DNA from: an uncultured bacterium
GTDB lineage: Bacteria; AUK180
NCBI GenBank assembly: GCA_937863565.1
Contig: CALMGJ010000031.1
Span: 62,001 to 106,952 of the forward strand
Direction of reading: 5' to 3'
DNA: 44,952 bases
Of this stretch, positions 8,953 to 18,932 are shown one piece after another (position 1 is the stretch's first letter; the number at the start of each line of letters is the position of its first letter). The position numbers were made by a program, and so were the translations under genes. The notes beneath the pieces were generated by a model, which was not told the DNA's origin, did not search any database, and saw only the letters and a list, made by a program, of their open reading frames with translations.

Positions 8953-9950
8953 ATGAGTCCTTTCGCGAAGATATACTCGGCGATCCTTACTGCATTGGTC
9001 GCCGCGCCGACCCTAAGATTATCCGCGGATATTACCATTTCTGCAGTTCTACGCTTCTCATCCGCACGTATCCTTCCCACATCGACGATATCAGAACCCG
9101 TTGATGTCACAGGCATCGGGAAAAGGTATTTTCCGCTTTCATCAAGGAGCCTGAGATATCTGTTCTTCTTAAGAGCGGCTATGATATCCTTTCTTCTGAA
9201 GTCCTTCTTCGTTCTGAAGTGGATCGATTCGAAATGAGAATAAAATACAGGGACCCGGAGGGTTGTGGCGTTCACAGCGATCGAAGGATCCCCGAATATT
9301 TTTTTCGTTTCCATCATCATCTTGTATTCTTCGGAACAACGCCCCTCTTTGTCGATCTTTCCGATGAAAGGGATAATATTGAAGGCGATCTGATAAGGAT
9401 AGAATCCGCTTTTGATCTCTCCTTCACCGATGAATTCCCTGGTCTCGTCGTAAAGGTTGCTGATAGATTTCCAGCCCGATCCTGATACCGACTGCAGAGT
9501 AGTGACCGTGATCTCGCTTAAACCCCATTTGATCCTTATAGGGTCCAAAGCAAGGAGCATCTCGATCGTCGAACAGTTAGGATTGGCGATCAGACGGTCG
9601 GACCTTTTGATCTTTTCCCCGTTTATGGAAGGGATGATTAACGGGATCCGGGTATCGAGGCGGAATGCGGAAGAATTATCTATTATTTTCTTTACACGGC
9701 CGGCGAGCGATGAGGCGAATTCGCGCGCAAGGTCTTCGGAGACCGCAAAGAAAACGATATCGTCCTTGATCCGGGAGGAGAAGGGCTTTACTTTCACGGA
9801 GCGCCCCCTGAATCCGTATTCGGCGTTCTTTGACCTCTCTGAAGCCCAGAGGTTCAAATCGGATACAGGGATATTCGAAGTTTCGAGCACCTCGAGCATT
9901 TTACGGCCGACAGCGCCGGTAATACCGACGATGGAAACGGATACGGGCAT
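8949..9950 (-). CDS. asd: Aspartate-semialdehyde dehydrogenase
   Basis: 'VGITGAVG', 'IDNSSAFR', catalytic 'ANPNCST', 'QSVSGSG', 'RVPVFYSH', 'DNLRVGAATN'. Confidence 0.95.
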   Translation of the reverse strand: MPVSVSIVGITGAVGRKMLEVLETSNIPVSDLNLWASERSKNAEYGFRGRSVKVKPFSSRIKDDIVFFAVSEDLAREFASSLAGRVKKIIDNSSAFRLDTRIPLIIPSINGEKIKRSDRLIANPNCSTIEMLLALDPIRIKWGLSEITVTTLQSVSGSGWKSISNLYDETREFIGEGEIKSGFYPYQIAFNIIPFIGKIDKEGRCSEEYKMMMETKKIFGDPSIAVNATTLRVPVFYSHFESIHFRTKKDFRRKDIIAALKKNRYLRLLDESGKYLFPMPVTSTGSDIVDVGRIRADEKRRTAEMVISADNLRVGAATNAVRIAEYIFAKGLI

Positions 9951-11191
9951 CAATACCCCTCTCTTTTCAGGAGTCTGTACATTATCTTCTTGCCGCCTTC
10001 TACTCCGGGTTGATCGAAGGGATCGACCTCGTATAGGTATGATGTGAATACTGTCAGTATATAAGAGAACATGATAAGGCGGCCCGCATTGAAGAAGTCC
10101 AGCTTGGGAATCGTAAGAAGTGCCGTAGGCACTTTCAGTTCATCAAGGTTCCTTTTTGTCCCTTCAAGCTCTACATTAAGAAGCTGCGTAAAATTTTTCT
10201 CGTACAGGTATGAGAATGAAGAAAGTGCGCTTTTCTCCCCAATAGTGAAATTCTCGTCCCTTTTCCCGATATTGATGAAAAGGATCACTTTATCGTTCGG
10301 ACCTTCGGTGAAGAGCTGAATGATCGAATGCTGGTCAGTCGGGCCGACGGCGATCAGGGGCGTCTGCCCGAAAGCTTTTCCGCCCGGGCTCTTCTTTCCC
10401 AGGGATTCGGCCCACAGCTGTATGAACCATTCCCCGAAGGTCTTGAGCCTGTAAGCATAAGGAAAGAGAACAAGGATGTTCTTGCCGCTCAAGTATTCCG
10501 CATGATCTGCCGCAGCGAACCGGAACAGATCCTGTTGGCCTGCTTTTTTGCATTCTTCAAGGAAATCAGTGGCGCCGGCAGTGATCTCATCGACAGGGAA
10601 ACCTGCGAAATAAAGAGGGAACATGCCCACATCAGAAAGCACGGAATAGCGTCCGCCCAGTTCCGAAGGCACAGTCAGAGCTGCAAGGCCCTCACTCTGC
10701 ACGAATTTTCTGAGGTCGCCTTTCTCGGGGTCCGTGATCATCAGAAAATGTTTTTTCCAATCTTCTCCGAGCGTATTTTTAGCCTCTTTGATAAAAAAGA
10801 GTATTGCCGCCGCGGTCTCCATAGTAGAGCCCGATTTGGAGATGCCGATGAACAGCGTTTTCTTATAATCAATGCTCTTTACAACTTCCGACATCCTCTC
10901 CGGTTCAGTGGTTTCGAGGAAAACAAGCCTTTTTCTGGCGTACTCCGGAAAGGCATTGTATATCATCTTCGTTCCGAGAGATGAGCCGCCAATACCGAGG
11001 ACTACTGCCGTATCGAAATTCTGAACGCCGTTCAAGATATTATTGTACGCGGAGAGGTCGGCCTTAATATTCCTCGAGAACGGAAACCCTTCGGCATTCA
11101 ATTTCAGGAGGAATTCCCCCCTTTTATTTCTGCATTCATCCGTTCGCTTTGCAGATACGTCATCAAGAAGCGGTGAAAGTTCTATACGCAT
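9950..11191 (-). CDS. pgi: Glucose-6-phosphate isomerase (short form)
   Basis: 'LGIGGSSLG', 'SKSGSTMET', 'GGRYSVLS', 'QLWAESLGK', 'DQHS..QL..EGP', 'DPFDQPGVE.GK'. Confidence 0.95.
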   Translation of the reverse strand: MRIELSPLLDDVSAKRTDECRNKRGEFLLKLNAEGFPFSRNIKADLSAYNNILNGVQNFDTAVVLGIGGSSLGTKMIYNAFPEYARKRLVFLETTEPERMSEVVKSIDYKKTLFIGISKSGSTMETAAAILFFIKEAKNTLGEDWKKHFLMITDPEKGDLRKFVQSEGLAALTVPSELGGRYSVLSDVGMFPLYFAGFPVDEITAGATDFLEECKKAGQQDLFRFAAADHAEYLSGKNILVLFPYAYRLKTFGEWFIQLWAESLGKKSPGGKAFGQTPLIAVGPTDQHSIIQLFTEGPNDKVILFINIGKRDENFTIGEKSALSSFSYLYEKNFTQLLNVELEGTKRNLDELKVPTALLTIPKLDFFNAGRLIMFSYILTVFTSYLYEVDPFDQPGVEGGKKIMYRLLKREGY

Positions 11192-11192
11192 T

Positions 11193-11786
11193 TCAATATC
11201 TCCTAATAAGACCTATGACCTTGCCGAGGATCACGACGTACTTCCTTATTATCTTTTCATACTCCGGATTCTCGGGCTGCAGTACGACTATGTTATGTTC
11301 GAAGAAGATCCTCTTGACCGTTGTCTCTCCATCCAGCATCGCGACAACGATATCCTTGTTCTGAGCGAAGTTCTGTTTCTTTACTATAAGAATATCGCCG
11401 TCAAAGACCCCCGCATTGATCATCGAATCCCCTTTCACGTTCAGAGCGAAATACTCCCCTTTCGGGAAGAACTCCTTTTTGATCGGAATGAATGATTCGA
11501 TATTCTCTGGCGCTTCGATGGGAAGACCGGCGCTTATCTTGCCTAAAAGCGGTATGAAATTGTCGTCCCTGAAATCCTTTGAAACGATGCGCAATGTCCT
11601 TGCGCCTTTTTCTCTTTCAAGATATCCCTTCTTGATGAGAGCACCTACACGGTCGAATGATGCCCTTATCGTGATCTTGAAATAATTGGCTATATCGGCA
11701 AGAGTGGGAGTGTACTCCTTTTCCTTGAAGAACTTCTGAATATAATTCAGCGTATCGAGCTGTATCTTTGTAAGCTGTTTCTTCAT
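11193..11786 (-). CDS. lexA: SOS repressor LexA
   Basis: N-terminal winged HTH ('LT..Q...L.YI....Y.PT..DIA..F'), Ala-Gly cleavage site 'ISAGLP', catalytic Ser 'GDSM' and Lys 'TVKR'. Confidence 0.95.
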   Translation of the reverse strand: MKKQLTKIQLDTLNYIQKFFKEKEYTPTLADIANYFKITIRASFDRVGALIKKGYLEREKGARTLRIVSKDFRDDNFIPLLGKISAGLPIEAPENIESFIPIKKEFFPKGEYFALNVKGDSMINAGVFDGDILIVKKQNFAQNKDIVVAMLDGETTVKRIFFEHNIVVLQPENPEYEKIIRKYVVILGKVIGLIRRY

Positions 11787-13183
11787 TAAAACTCTCCTTT
11801 CAGCAGGACAAAGAAGTAATTCCTGCCGGGCAGGTCCGTTTTCACGAATTCCTTAGATGCCCCCGCCCCGATCCCGAAGAGAGAGGATATCGTATAGGTC
11901 ACATCTACGTCGTAAAGCACGTCTTTGGGTAAAGTAAAGCCGGAAATATGTGTTTCCCCGAAATACTTTACGGTCCCGCTGAGCGAGATCCTGTCCGCTT
12001 TGAACACGGTCCTCAGATAAGCTGTGAACTCGGGCGTAAAATGCGCCCCGTTCACATTCCATTGAACACCGGCACTGAGATCGGCAGGTTTTGAAAGCAC
12101 AAGTTCAAAACATGCATTCAAAGGATATACATCCGTCTCCGCAACGGAGAATCCGTATGTCGTCCTGGCAAGGGATGGTGCACTGCGAATCTCCTCATAT
12201 TCGGCTCCCGCATAGATCTCCGCATCGCCTGTGCGGTACTTAAGCTTGATATTGAATTTCCTTCTATACGAAAGAGGATCTGAATACTGGATATCCCTGG
12301 GATATACGGGCAGTACATAGTTCTTGACGCCCGCCCCGTATTCGTTCTCGCAGATCAGGAAAACATCCGATAATAAAGGGATGCGGGCGCTGAAATAAGG
12401 CAGAATATGCTTGGTATCGCGTTCTTTTACTGCAGCGAATCCTGCGCCTATAGTGCCGATACGGGCTCTGAACAATGATAATATAAGTATTCGGTAAACG
12501 GGAGAAAGTCCCTGGAGCGAGATCAGTTCGATCTCCGATTTCACTTTTACGGAAGGGCTCAACATGATGTCCAGCATATTTTTCACGGAAAGCGATCTTG
12601 AAATGAAAAGTCCGTCCGAGCCCTCATCGAAATAAACGGGGGCGGCCTCGAGGGAAGCGGAAATGTCCTCGGAAGGAGTATAGAGCAGATTCAAATTCAA
12701 TGAACAGTAATTTCTTCTGTATATCATCTCTTTTTCGTATTCATATACTCCCGAATCAAGAGCTATATCGGTCTTTATCGAGAATCTTCCTTCCTGAAAA
12801 CTGCCCTTTCCGAGGATGGAGATGTTCTCGTAATACCGGTTCTTGAGGTACGGGAAAAGATGCTTATACGAGATCACGGGCATAACAGACAATTTCCCGG
12901 GATTGAGTGAGGCGGAAAGGTCCGCCTTTGCGTAAATATCGGTCCCCAGAGCGAACAGATACTTGTATTGATCGGAAGGCTTGTATATACCCGTTTTCGG
13001 GGCCGTTTCACATTCCGTTTTTTCCTTTAAACCCTCTTCTCCGATCCCGATCTTCGCAGGTCCCGTCTGTACTTCCGTGATCTTTTCCGGCTCAATGCCT
13101 TCGATCAGTATCTCCGGAAGTTCCGTTTCGCAGAAAACCGTGAGAACGGCAAGCAACAGAATAATGCTAAATACACTTTTCAT
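11786..13183 (-). CDS. Hypothetical outer-membrane beta-barrel protein
   Basis: Signal peptide, TonB-box-like 'ELPEILIEG', alternating amphipathic strands, C-terminal 'YFFVLLKGEF' ending in Phe. Confidence 0.6.
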   Translation of the reverse strand: MKSVFSIILLLAVLTVFCETELPEILIEGIEPEKITEVQTGPAKIGIGEEGLKEKTECETAPKTGIYKPSDQYKYLFALGTDIYAKADLSASLNPGKLSVMPVISYKHLFPYLKNRYYENISILGKGSFQEGRFSIKTDIALDSGVYEYEKEMIYRRNYCSLNLNLLYTPSEDISASLEAAPVYFDEGSDGLFISRSLSVKNMLDIMLSPSVKVKSEIELISLQGLSPVYRILILSLFRARIGTIGAGFAAVKERDTKHILPYFSARIPLLSDVFLICENEYGAGVKNYVLPVYPRDIQYSDPLSYRRKFNIKLKYRTGDAEIYAGAEYEEIRSAPSLARTTYGFSVAETDVYPLNACFELVLSKPADLSAGVQWNVNGAHFTPEFTAYLRTVFKADRISLSGTVKYFGETHISGFTLPKDVLYDVDVTYTISSLFGIGAGASKEFVKTDLPGRNYFFVLLKGEF

Positions 13184-13652
13184 ACATCCTTATGATCTCC
13201 GCCGGGAGCGTCCCCCTGTTCTGCGGGGTAATATCGAAAATAGTAATGCCTCTAGCGCTTTGGAAATGGTCGTGAAAGAAATTCTTCCGGTCCGTTTTCA
13301 GCGAACCCAGTACGGGGGAGAATGTCTCGACAACGTTCATAACGGCCATCCTGAACATCCCGGCCGCAGATTCGAGATCACCGAGTTCATCCATGACGAT
13401 AATATCCGAATATTCCACGGCTTCAACGAGCGCTTCAACTCCAAGGTCATTGAATTTCGCCGCAATCAAACCCGGATCTTCGTTTACGGAAAAAGTGAAT
13501 TCCCTTCCGGAGATCAGATTGCGGAAGATCACTTCGCTTTTTGAGATCTTTCTTGTCGTGAAACCACCGGGTCGATAAGACAGTTTTTCAAGCACTTTAC
13601 CGATAAGCGTTGTTTTACCCGCGCCCTTTTCTCCGCGAAGGAATATCTTCAT
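13167..13652 (-). CDS. Nucleoside-triphosphatase (THEP1/NTPase_1 family)
   Basis: 'IFLRGEKGAGKTTL', 'GGFTT', 'IIVMDELGDLE', C-terminal 'ITPQNR..LP..I'. Confidence 0.85.
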   Translation of the reverse strand: MKIFLRGEKGAGKTTLIGKVLEKLSYRPGGFTTRKISKSEVIFRNLISGREFTFSVNEDPGLIAAKFNDLGVEALVEAVEYSDIIVMDELGDLESAAGMFRMAVMNVVETFSPVLGSLKTDRKNFFHDHFQSARGITIFDITPQNRGTLPAEIIRMYEKCI

Positions 13653-14455
13653 ATGCCTCCATCCCTGTAAACCTTGAAAGCGATGTCCGTCACGACCCCC
13701 CTCCTGAAGCCGGCGCCGGCCCTGATATCGTCTATCGGGGAGATGATGCCGCTCACTTTCTTCCGGAAAGCGGTTTCGGAAAGGCCCTGTTTTACAAGAA
13801 TCCTCTTTACAACGGGCGAGACCCCGCCGAAGGATAATCCCACCGTACCGTTTTTATCAAAATACCATGCGACGGAAAGTACGCTTATTGCAAGGGCGTC
13901 CCTCATACCGAGCTTGAAAAAACCGGAATTGGAAGATGTATATCCGAGAGGCACTTCCACCGAATAAATGATCTCGTCTTTTTCGAGCACCGTTTTTCCG
14001 GGCCCCGTAAAGAACTTGGCGGCCTTGATCTTTCTTGTTCCGCGTATCGACATAACATTGATGATCGAGTCTAAAAGGACGAGGGAGGGTAATGTATCCC
14101 CTGCCGGAGAAGCGGTCCCGATATTCCCCCCGAGAGTGCCCGTATTCCTTATCTGCGGGGAACCGATGGCGGCGCAGGACATATGCAGGGGAAAAGCGCG
14201 GCGTTTCACTGCGGCATCGTTCTCAATATCGGAATGCGTGGAAAGAGAACCGATCACAAGTTTCCCCTTCTCGGGCACAATACCTTTCATATCGGTTATC
14301 CCGGATATCGAGATAATGACCTCGGGGCCGATAAGGCCACGGTTCCGTTTTACGTTCACATCCGTTCCGCCGGCAAGGATAAGCGCTTTATCTCCGTATT
14401 TGGCTTTCGCCTTGAGAAGATCGTCCAGATTATCGGTGCGGATGGCGATTTTCAT
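13649..14455 (-). CDS. Molybdenum hydroxylase FAD-binding subunit (CoxM/XdhB family)
   Basis: 'LAGGTDV', 'IGSPQIRNTGTLGGNI.TASPAGD', 'PIDDIRA.A.FR'. Confidence 0.9.
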   Translation of the reverse strand: MKIAIRTDNLDDLLKAKAKYGDKALILAGGTDVNVKRNRGLIGPEVIISISGITDMKGIVPEKGKLVIGSLSTHSDIENDAAVKRRAFPLHMSCAAIGSPQIRNTGTLGGNIGTASPAGDTLPSLVLLDSIINVMSIRGTRKIKAAKFFTGPGKTVLEKDEIIYSVEVPLGYTSSNSGFFKLGMRDALAISVLSVAWYFDKNGTVGLSFGGVSPVVKRILVKQGLSETAFRKKVSGIISPIDDIRAGAGFRRGVVTDIAFKVYRDGGI

Positions 14456-14928
14456 TTTTTCATCCTTTTCCCTAATGCTTCGGCTGCGCTCAGCATGGCC
14501 TCCTCGATCTTTTTATATCCCGTGCACCTGCAAAGATTGCCGGAAAGAGCCCTGCGTATGCCGGCCGGGGAGACTACATCATTGTTCTTAAGATAGTGAT
14601 GACCACTTACGATGAAACCGGGAGTGCAGTATCCGCATTGCACCGCTCCCCTTTCTATGAATGCCTTCTGAAGAGAGCTTAAGCCCTGTTCAGGAGTGAT
14701 ACCTTCGATCGTTTCTACGGAAGCCCCTTCTATCGCAAAGGCAGATATAATGCATGAAGCTGCAGGAAGACCGTTCAAAAGGACCGTACAGGCGCCGCAT
14801 ACGCCCTCTCCGCATCCTTTTTTGGTCCCGGTCAGACCGAAGCGGTCGCGTAACACCTCCAGAAGGGTCTCATGCCCTTCGATCTCGCATTCCATGTTCT
14901 TTCCGTTCACATTAAGATGCAGTTTCAT
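14452..14928 (-). CDS. Molybdenum hydroxylase 2Fe-2S subunit (CoxS family)
   Basis: 'GCGEGVCGACTV', 'QCGYCTPG', 'GNLCRCTGY'. Confidence 0.95.
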   Translation of the reverse strand: MKLHLNVNGKNMECEIEGHETLLEVLRDRFGLTGTKKGCGEGVCGACTVLLNGLPAASCIISAFAIEGASVETIEGITPEQGLSSLQKAFIERGAVQCGYCTPGFIVSGHHYLKNNDVVSPAGIRRALSGNLCRCTGYKKIEEAMLSAAEALGKRMKK

Positions 14929-15698
14929 TTCTTCTTCTCCCTAAGGTCCCTGCCGTCCTTGCCGAAGTATCTCTTCTCGATCTGCGATGCGATGGATAGA
15001 GCTACCTCTGCAGGCTCGTTTCCACTTATATCCAGGCCGGCCGGCGCATAAACGCATGAAGGGACCTTTATACCCTTCTTCACGATATTCTCTCTCATCA
15101 CTTTGAACTTCCTCGCACTTGATACTACGGCAATATAACGGGGTGTTCTCAAGTTCTTCAGTGCCCAGAAAAGGGCTTTCTCGTCCTCTTCATGACTGTG
15201 CGTAGCTATCACGGCATATGCGTTTCCGGGAAGGCCTTTTTTGATATCATCGTACTTCTTAACGGCAATATAATTATCCTGCTGGAGCGTAATTCTTTTA
15301 TCGAACATGCGGACATCATAGGAAAGCCCCTCAAGCAGGCCTTTCAATGCCTGGTTTATATGTCCGGCGCCGAAAAGCAGTACCGATGCCTTTGTGATGT
15401 TCCTGAAAAGGAACACCTTTGCATAACCGCCGCATATGCCGTCCGAGCCCTTTTTCCCAAGAAGGTCCGCTGTGATCATCCGGGATACCGCTCCCGATCT
15501 GAGCATATCTCTTGCCTCGTCTATTGTTTTTTTCTCTATGGCGCCGCCGCCGATGGATCCCACGATATCGTCCGGGGTCACTGCCATGATCCGCCCCGCG
15601 GAAGCGGGAACAGAACCTTTCGATTCCGTTATCACGGCAAGCACGAATGAGTTGACGGCACGCGCCGCAAGGGCCTCAAGAACCTTTCTTGTATTCAT
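14925..15698 (-). CDS. xdhC: XdhC/CoxF-family molybdenum cofactor insertion accessory protein
   Basis: 'GSVP...G', 'GSIGGGAIE', 'GICGG', 'LFGAGH', 'THSHEED', 'APAGLDI....PAEVALSI'. Confidence 0.9.
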   Translation of the reverse strand: MNTRKVLEALAARAVNSFVLAVITESKGSVPASAGRIMAVTPDDIVGSIGGGAIEKKTIDEARDMLRSGAVSRMITADLLGKKGSDGICGGYAKVFLFRNITKASVLLFGAGHINQALKGLLEGLSYDVRMFDKRITLQQDNYIAVKKYDDIKKGLPGNAYAVIATHSHEEDEKALFWALKNLRTPRYIAVVSSARKFKVMRENIVKKGIKVPSCVYAPAGLDISGNEPAEVALSIASQIEKRYFGKDGRDLREKKK

Positions 15699-16263
15699 CG
15701 ATATACTTTTCCAACTCCTCTTTCGTATTCACGCCGATCTTCGTGAAATGGTCATCTGTTTCTGTCAGGACCGTTTCGGGGGTATGGACCAGGACATTTA
15801 CGCCGCTATTATGTATCTCGAATATTTCCATCCATTTTCTGCGGGGGAAATAAACAGGATGCCCGATAGAACCCTTATAAGATGCGGCTATGATCTTCCG
15901 CGGCTCTTCCAGAGCGCGGTCCACGATCCCCCGGACCGTTCCGGTATCTATGAGCGGCATATCCGCCGGCCATACTATAAGCCCGTCATAGTCCTCGTTG
16001 AGAAGTTCTGCAATGGCCAGTTTTATTGAATGGATCTGTCCCTCTTCCGGATAGGAGTTCTTTATCATACGGATATCCGAAGGAACGAAATCGGCTATCT
16101 CATCGAAATAGTAAACGAGGAGCGTATCGAGTTTGAGAATCTCGAGTTTTTCGAAGATGATCTCAAGAAAGGTTTTTCCCTCGATCTTCTGCAGGACCTT
16201 GATGTCACCGAACCTTTCAGATCTTCCCGCAGCAAGGACCGCGGCTGCAATTTTCATTACCAT
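15676..16263 (-). CDS. mocA: Molybdenum cofactor cytidylyltransferase
   Basis: 'VLAAGRSERFG..K', 'N..PEEGQ..SI', 'ADMPLI', 'GHPVYF'; adjacent to the xdhC-family gene. Confidence 0.85.
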   Translation of the reverse strand: MVMKIAAAVLAAGRSERFGDIKVLQKIEGKTFLEIIFEKLEILKLDTLLVYYFDEIADFVPSDIRMIKNSYPEEGQIHSIKLAIAELLNEDYDGLIVWPADMPLIDTGTVRGIVDRALEEPRKIIAASYKGSIGHPVYFPRRKWMEIFEIHNSGVNVLVHTPETVLTETDDHFTKIGVNTKEELEKYIDEYKKGS

Positions 16264-16268
16264 GTATT

Positions 16269-16297
16269 ATTTTACCTTTTTTTAGTATTTTTTGCAA
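16269..16297 (-). promoter_or_regulatory. Sigma-70-type promoter 5 nt upstream of the mocA ATG (probably leaderless)
   Basis: TTGCAA-17 nt-TAAAAT-aatac-ATG; no SD. Confidence 0.7.
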
Positions 16298-16349
16298 ATT
16301 TTTTAGTATAATTTTATATAGAAGATCGGATCACGGTTATTGCGAATCT

Positions 16350-18737
16350 CTAGTCGTTGCAGAGTAATGAGAGGACATCAACCATATGGTACGGTTTGAG
16401 AAGCAAATCGAAACCGAGAGTTCTTCCCATCTCCTCTATCTCGTCGTCAAAATAACCGCTCGTCAGGATTATCTTGACATCTTTGTCTCTTTTCTGGAAA
16501 TCCTTAAGAAGGAAGATCACGCTTCCATCCGATAATTGAAGGTCGGACAGGATCACATCAATATGATTTCCGGAGAAAACCTTTTCCGCTTCCTTGTTAT
16601 CAGTCGCATCGTATACCTTCATGAAGTAATTATCAAAAAATTTAATTAAAGAATCTCTGAGTATTCTCTCGTCTTCGATGATGAGAATTGTACGGTGCTT
16701 GAGTTTTGAGTAACTGCTTGGGGTAAAGCGCACTTTTTCCTGTTTTGGAGTATAATCGATCGCGGGAATGTATATATCGAATACAGTCCCTTTTGCAGTG
16801 GTCTCGAACTCTATGCTCCCGCCGTGGGCTTTAACTGCCTGGCTGACTATAGACAGTCCCAGACCGGTTCCCTTTCCGGGTTCCTTAGTCGTGAAGAAAG
16901 GTTGGAATATTTTCTCTCTGTGCGTTTCGTGAATTCCGCTTCCCGTATCGGAAACGGATAATTTTAAAAAATCGGTCCCGGAATTCCTGAAATCGGAGAT
17001 ATATTCAAGCAATATTTCTACGGTGCCTTTTCCTGAGATTGCATCCCTCGCATTCACCACCAGATTGAGAAGTATCTGCTCTATCGAATTTTTATCTCCG
17101 TTTATGTAATTCTTCTCTTCGAGCAGTTTTGTTTTCAATTCGATATCGTTTCCCATTAGCTTTCTGAGGATTTCGGTAAATTCGAGCACCGTTTCGTTCA
17201 TCTCGAGAGGTTTCAGTTGAAAAGGAGATCTTCTCGAGAAACCCAAGATCTTGTTGATAAGATTTTTTTCGAATCTAAGTGCATTACGCAGCTCATGTAA
17301 ATTAATTTGGATATCGGAGTCGGGGGGAGTCTGTATTTCGATCATATCGAGATTGATCTGTATCAGAAAGAGAAGATTATTGAAGTCGTGGGCGATATTC
17401 GTTGCCAGTCTGTCCAGTTCCGATGATCTTCCGAGAAAAGCCACTTCCTCTTTCAATATCGAAGCTTCATTTCTCAATATCTCGGGTTCCGTAATATCCT
17501 CTATGAAAAAAACATATTCTTTTCCCTGATAGATGGAATCGTAAATAATCCCGGATGCGGAATAGAATTTCGGACTGTGGGGAGTTTCGATCCTGTATTT
17601 CATCTCATAGATATTTTCCTTCTCGGCGAAAAGCCTTTTCACTACGAAGTGTTTGTCGGAGAAGGGTTCTATCTCGTGTACAGGATACATGAACATCTGT
17701 TCCCAGTTCAAGCCGGGGAAGATTTTTTCAATCATTCTATTGAAAAAAATGACATTCCCGGTCTCATTCAGGATAATTATCCCGAGAGGGCTCGTTTCAA
17801 GCACTTTTTTAAAGATGGTCTTTTCCGTGTTGAACAGCGCAAGAAGATGCCTGCTCCGGGCTTCTTCGGACAGCAGATCCCTTTTCTGTTTTTCCACCTT
17901 CCTTTTAAGAAGTATAAGAACCGGGACCGCAAAAAGGATGAAGATGACGCTTAATATTATATGAGTCCGAATGAATACATACTGCCCCATATTCACTGCG
18001 GAGTACCATTTGTTCAGGATCCTGTAATAGACCGATTTACCATTTTTTTTCATTTTGCCTAGAGCATTGCTGAGTTTTTCGGATAACGCTCGATTCTCTC
18101 CTTTCTTTACCGCAAAATACAGCGGGACAGGCGGCAATATGAGAGAGGTTCTGAAAAAACCGGTAGCGCCGTTCTCCTTGATTACCCCGTATAGGCTGTT
18201 CATTAGCGCATAATCGACCGTTCTCCCGAGACAGCGTATCACATGGTTATGATCCCGGCATAGAATTATATGGGCATCTACAGAATGTGCTTTCAACGCC
18301 GTCAGAAGATAAGGATAGAAAAAACCTTTTTCTCTCACTGCAATCTTCTTTCCGGCCAGATCTCTGAAATCGGAAATAATCTCCCTTTTTGTATAGATGA
18401 AACCCCACATCTTCAGGATGGGTTCATTGGGGAATTCGGCCATCTTTACATACGTATCATTTTGGACCGTATCGAGAAGGAGATCTACCTCCTGCGGCCA
18501 GATGCCTTTTAGAATCGAGGAGCTGTCCACTTGGACGAATATTATTTTAAGTTTTTCCTTTTTCGCAATAGCGGTTATAAGATCTACAGCTAAACCGTTG
18601 AAATGTCCGTTCTCAACAAAACAGATAGGATAATTCTCCGTAACGCCAACCCGAAAGACCCTATCGGTTAAAGCATCAGCGCTGATGCCGCTTAGAAAAA
18701 TTGTGCAGCAAAGTACGGATATGATAAACCGGGGCAT
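16350..18737 (-). CDS. Hybrid sensor histidine kinase: periplasmic solute-binding domain, TM, PAS, HisKA/HATPase, receiver
   Basis: SBP_bac_3-like 'RVGVTENYP.....G...GL.VDL', 'AHDFNNLL', 'NLVVNARDA', '[15 protein letters not shown]', C-terminal REC; start placed at ATG 18737 because ATG 18782 lies inside the predicted promoter. Confidence 0.9.
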   Translation of the reverse strand: MPRFIISVLCCTIFLSGISADALTDRVFRVGVTENYPICFVENGHFNGLAVDLITAIAKKEKLKIIFVQVDSSSILKGIWPQEVDLLLDTVQNDTYVKMAEFPNEPILKMWGFIYTKREIISDFRDLAGKKIAVREKGFFYPYLLTALKAHSVDAHIILCRDHNHVIRCLGRTVDYALMNSLYGVIKENGATGFFRTSLILPPVPLYFAVKKGENRALSEKLSNALGKMKKNGKSVYYRILNKWYSAVNMGQYVFIRTHIILSVIFILFAVPVLILLKRKVEKQKRDLLSEEARSRHLLALFNTEKTIFKKVLETSPLGIIILNETGNVIFFNRMIEKIFPGLNWEQMFMYPVHEIEPFSDKHFVVKRLFAEKENIYEMKYRIETPHSPKFYSASGIIYDSIYQGKEYVFFIEDITEPEILRNEASILKEEVAFLGRSSELDRLATNIAHDFNNLLFLIQINLDMIEIQTPPDSDIQINLHELRNALRFEKNLINKILGFSRRSPFQLKPLEMNETVLEFTEILRKLMGNDIELKTKLLEEKNYINGDKNSIEQILLNLVVNARDAISGKGTVEILLEYISDFRNSGTDFLKLSVSDTGSGIHETHREKIFQPFFTTKEPGKGTGLGLSIVSQAVKAHGGSIEFETTAKGTVFDIYIPAIDYTPKQEKVRFTPSSYSKLKHRTILIIEDERILRDSLIKFFDNYFMKVYDATDNKEAEKVFSGNHIDVILSDLQLSDGSVIFLLKDFQKRDKDVKIILTSGYFDDEIEEMGRTLGFDLLLKPYHMVDVLSLLCND

Positions 18738-18762
18738 ATTTTTTATGCATCCATTAAAGTAT

Positions 18763-18792
18763 AGTATATTCTCTTTCTGCATATAAAGTCAA
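18763..18792 (-). promoter_or_regulatory. Sigma-70-type promoter for the hybrid kinase
   Basis: TTGACT-18 nt-TATACT. Confidence 0.6.
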
Positions 18793-18932
18793 TCCACAGA
18801 TGTTATTTAATATGTGAAATTAGTGATTTTTATTACATAATATCGCTTCAGATCGGCAAAAGAAGTAAAATATCTTTTTTTCATATGTCATTAATAAACG
18901 GGAAACGGTTTTTAGGGTTGCATGATCTCTTA

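Noticed and set aside
18812-18840. TATGT...ACATA inverted repeat as a fourth enhancer copy
   Set aside because: The spacing is much longer than N12 and no sigma-54 element is nearby.
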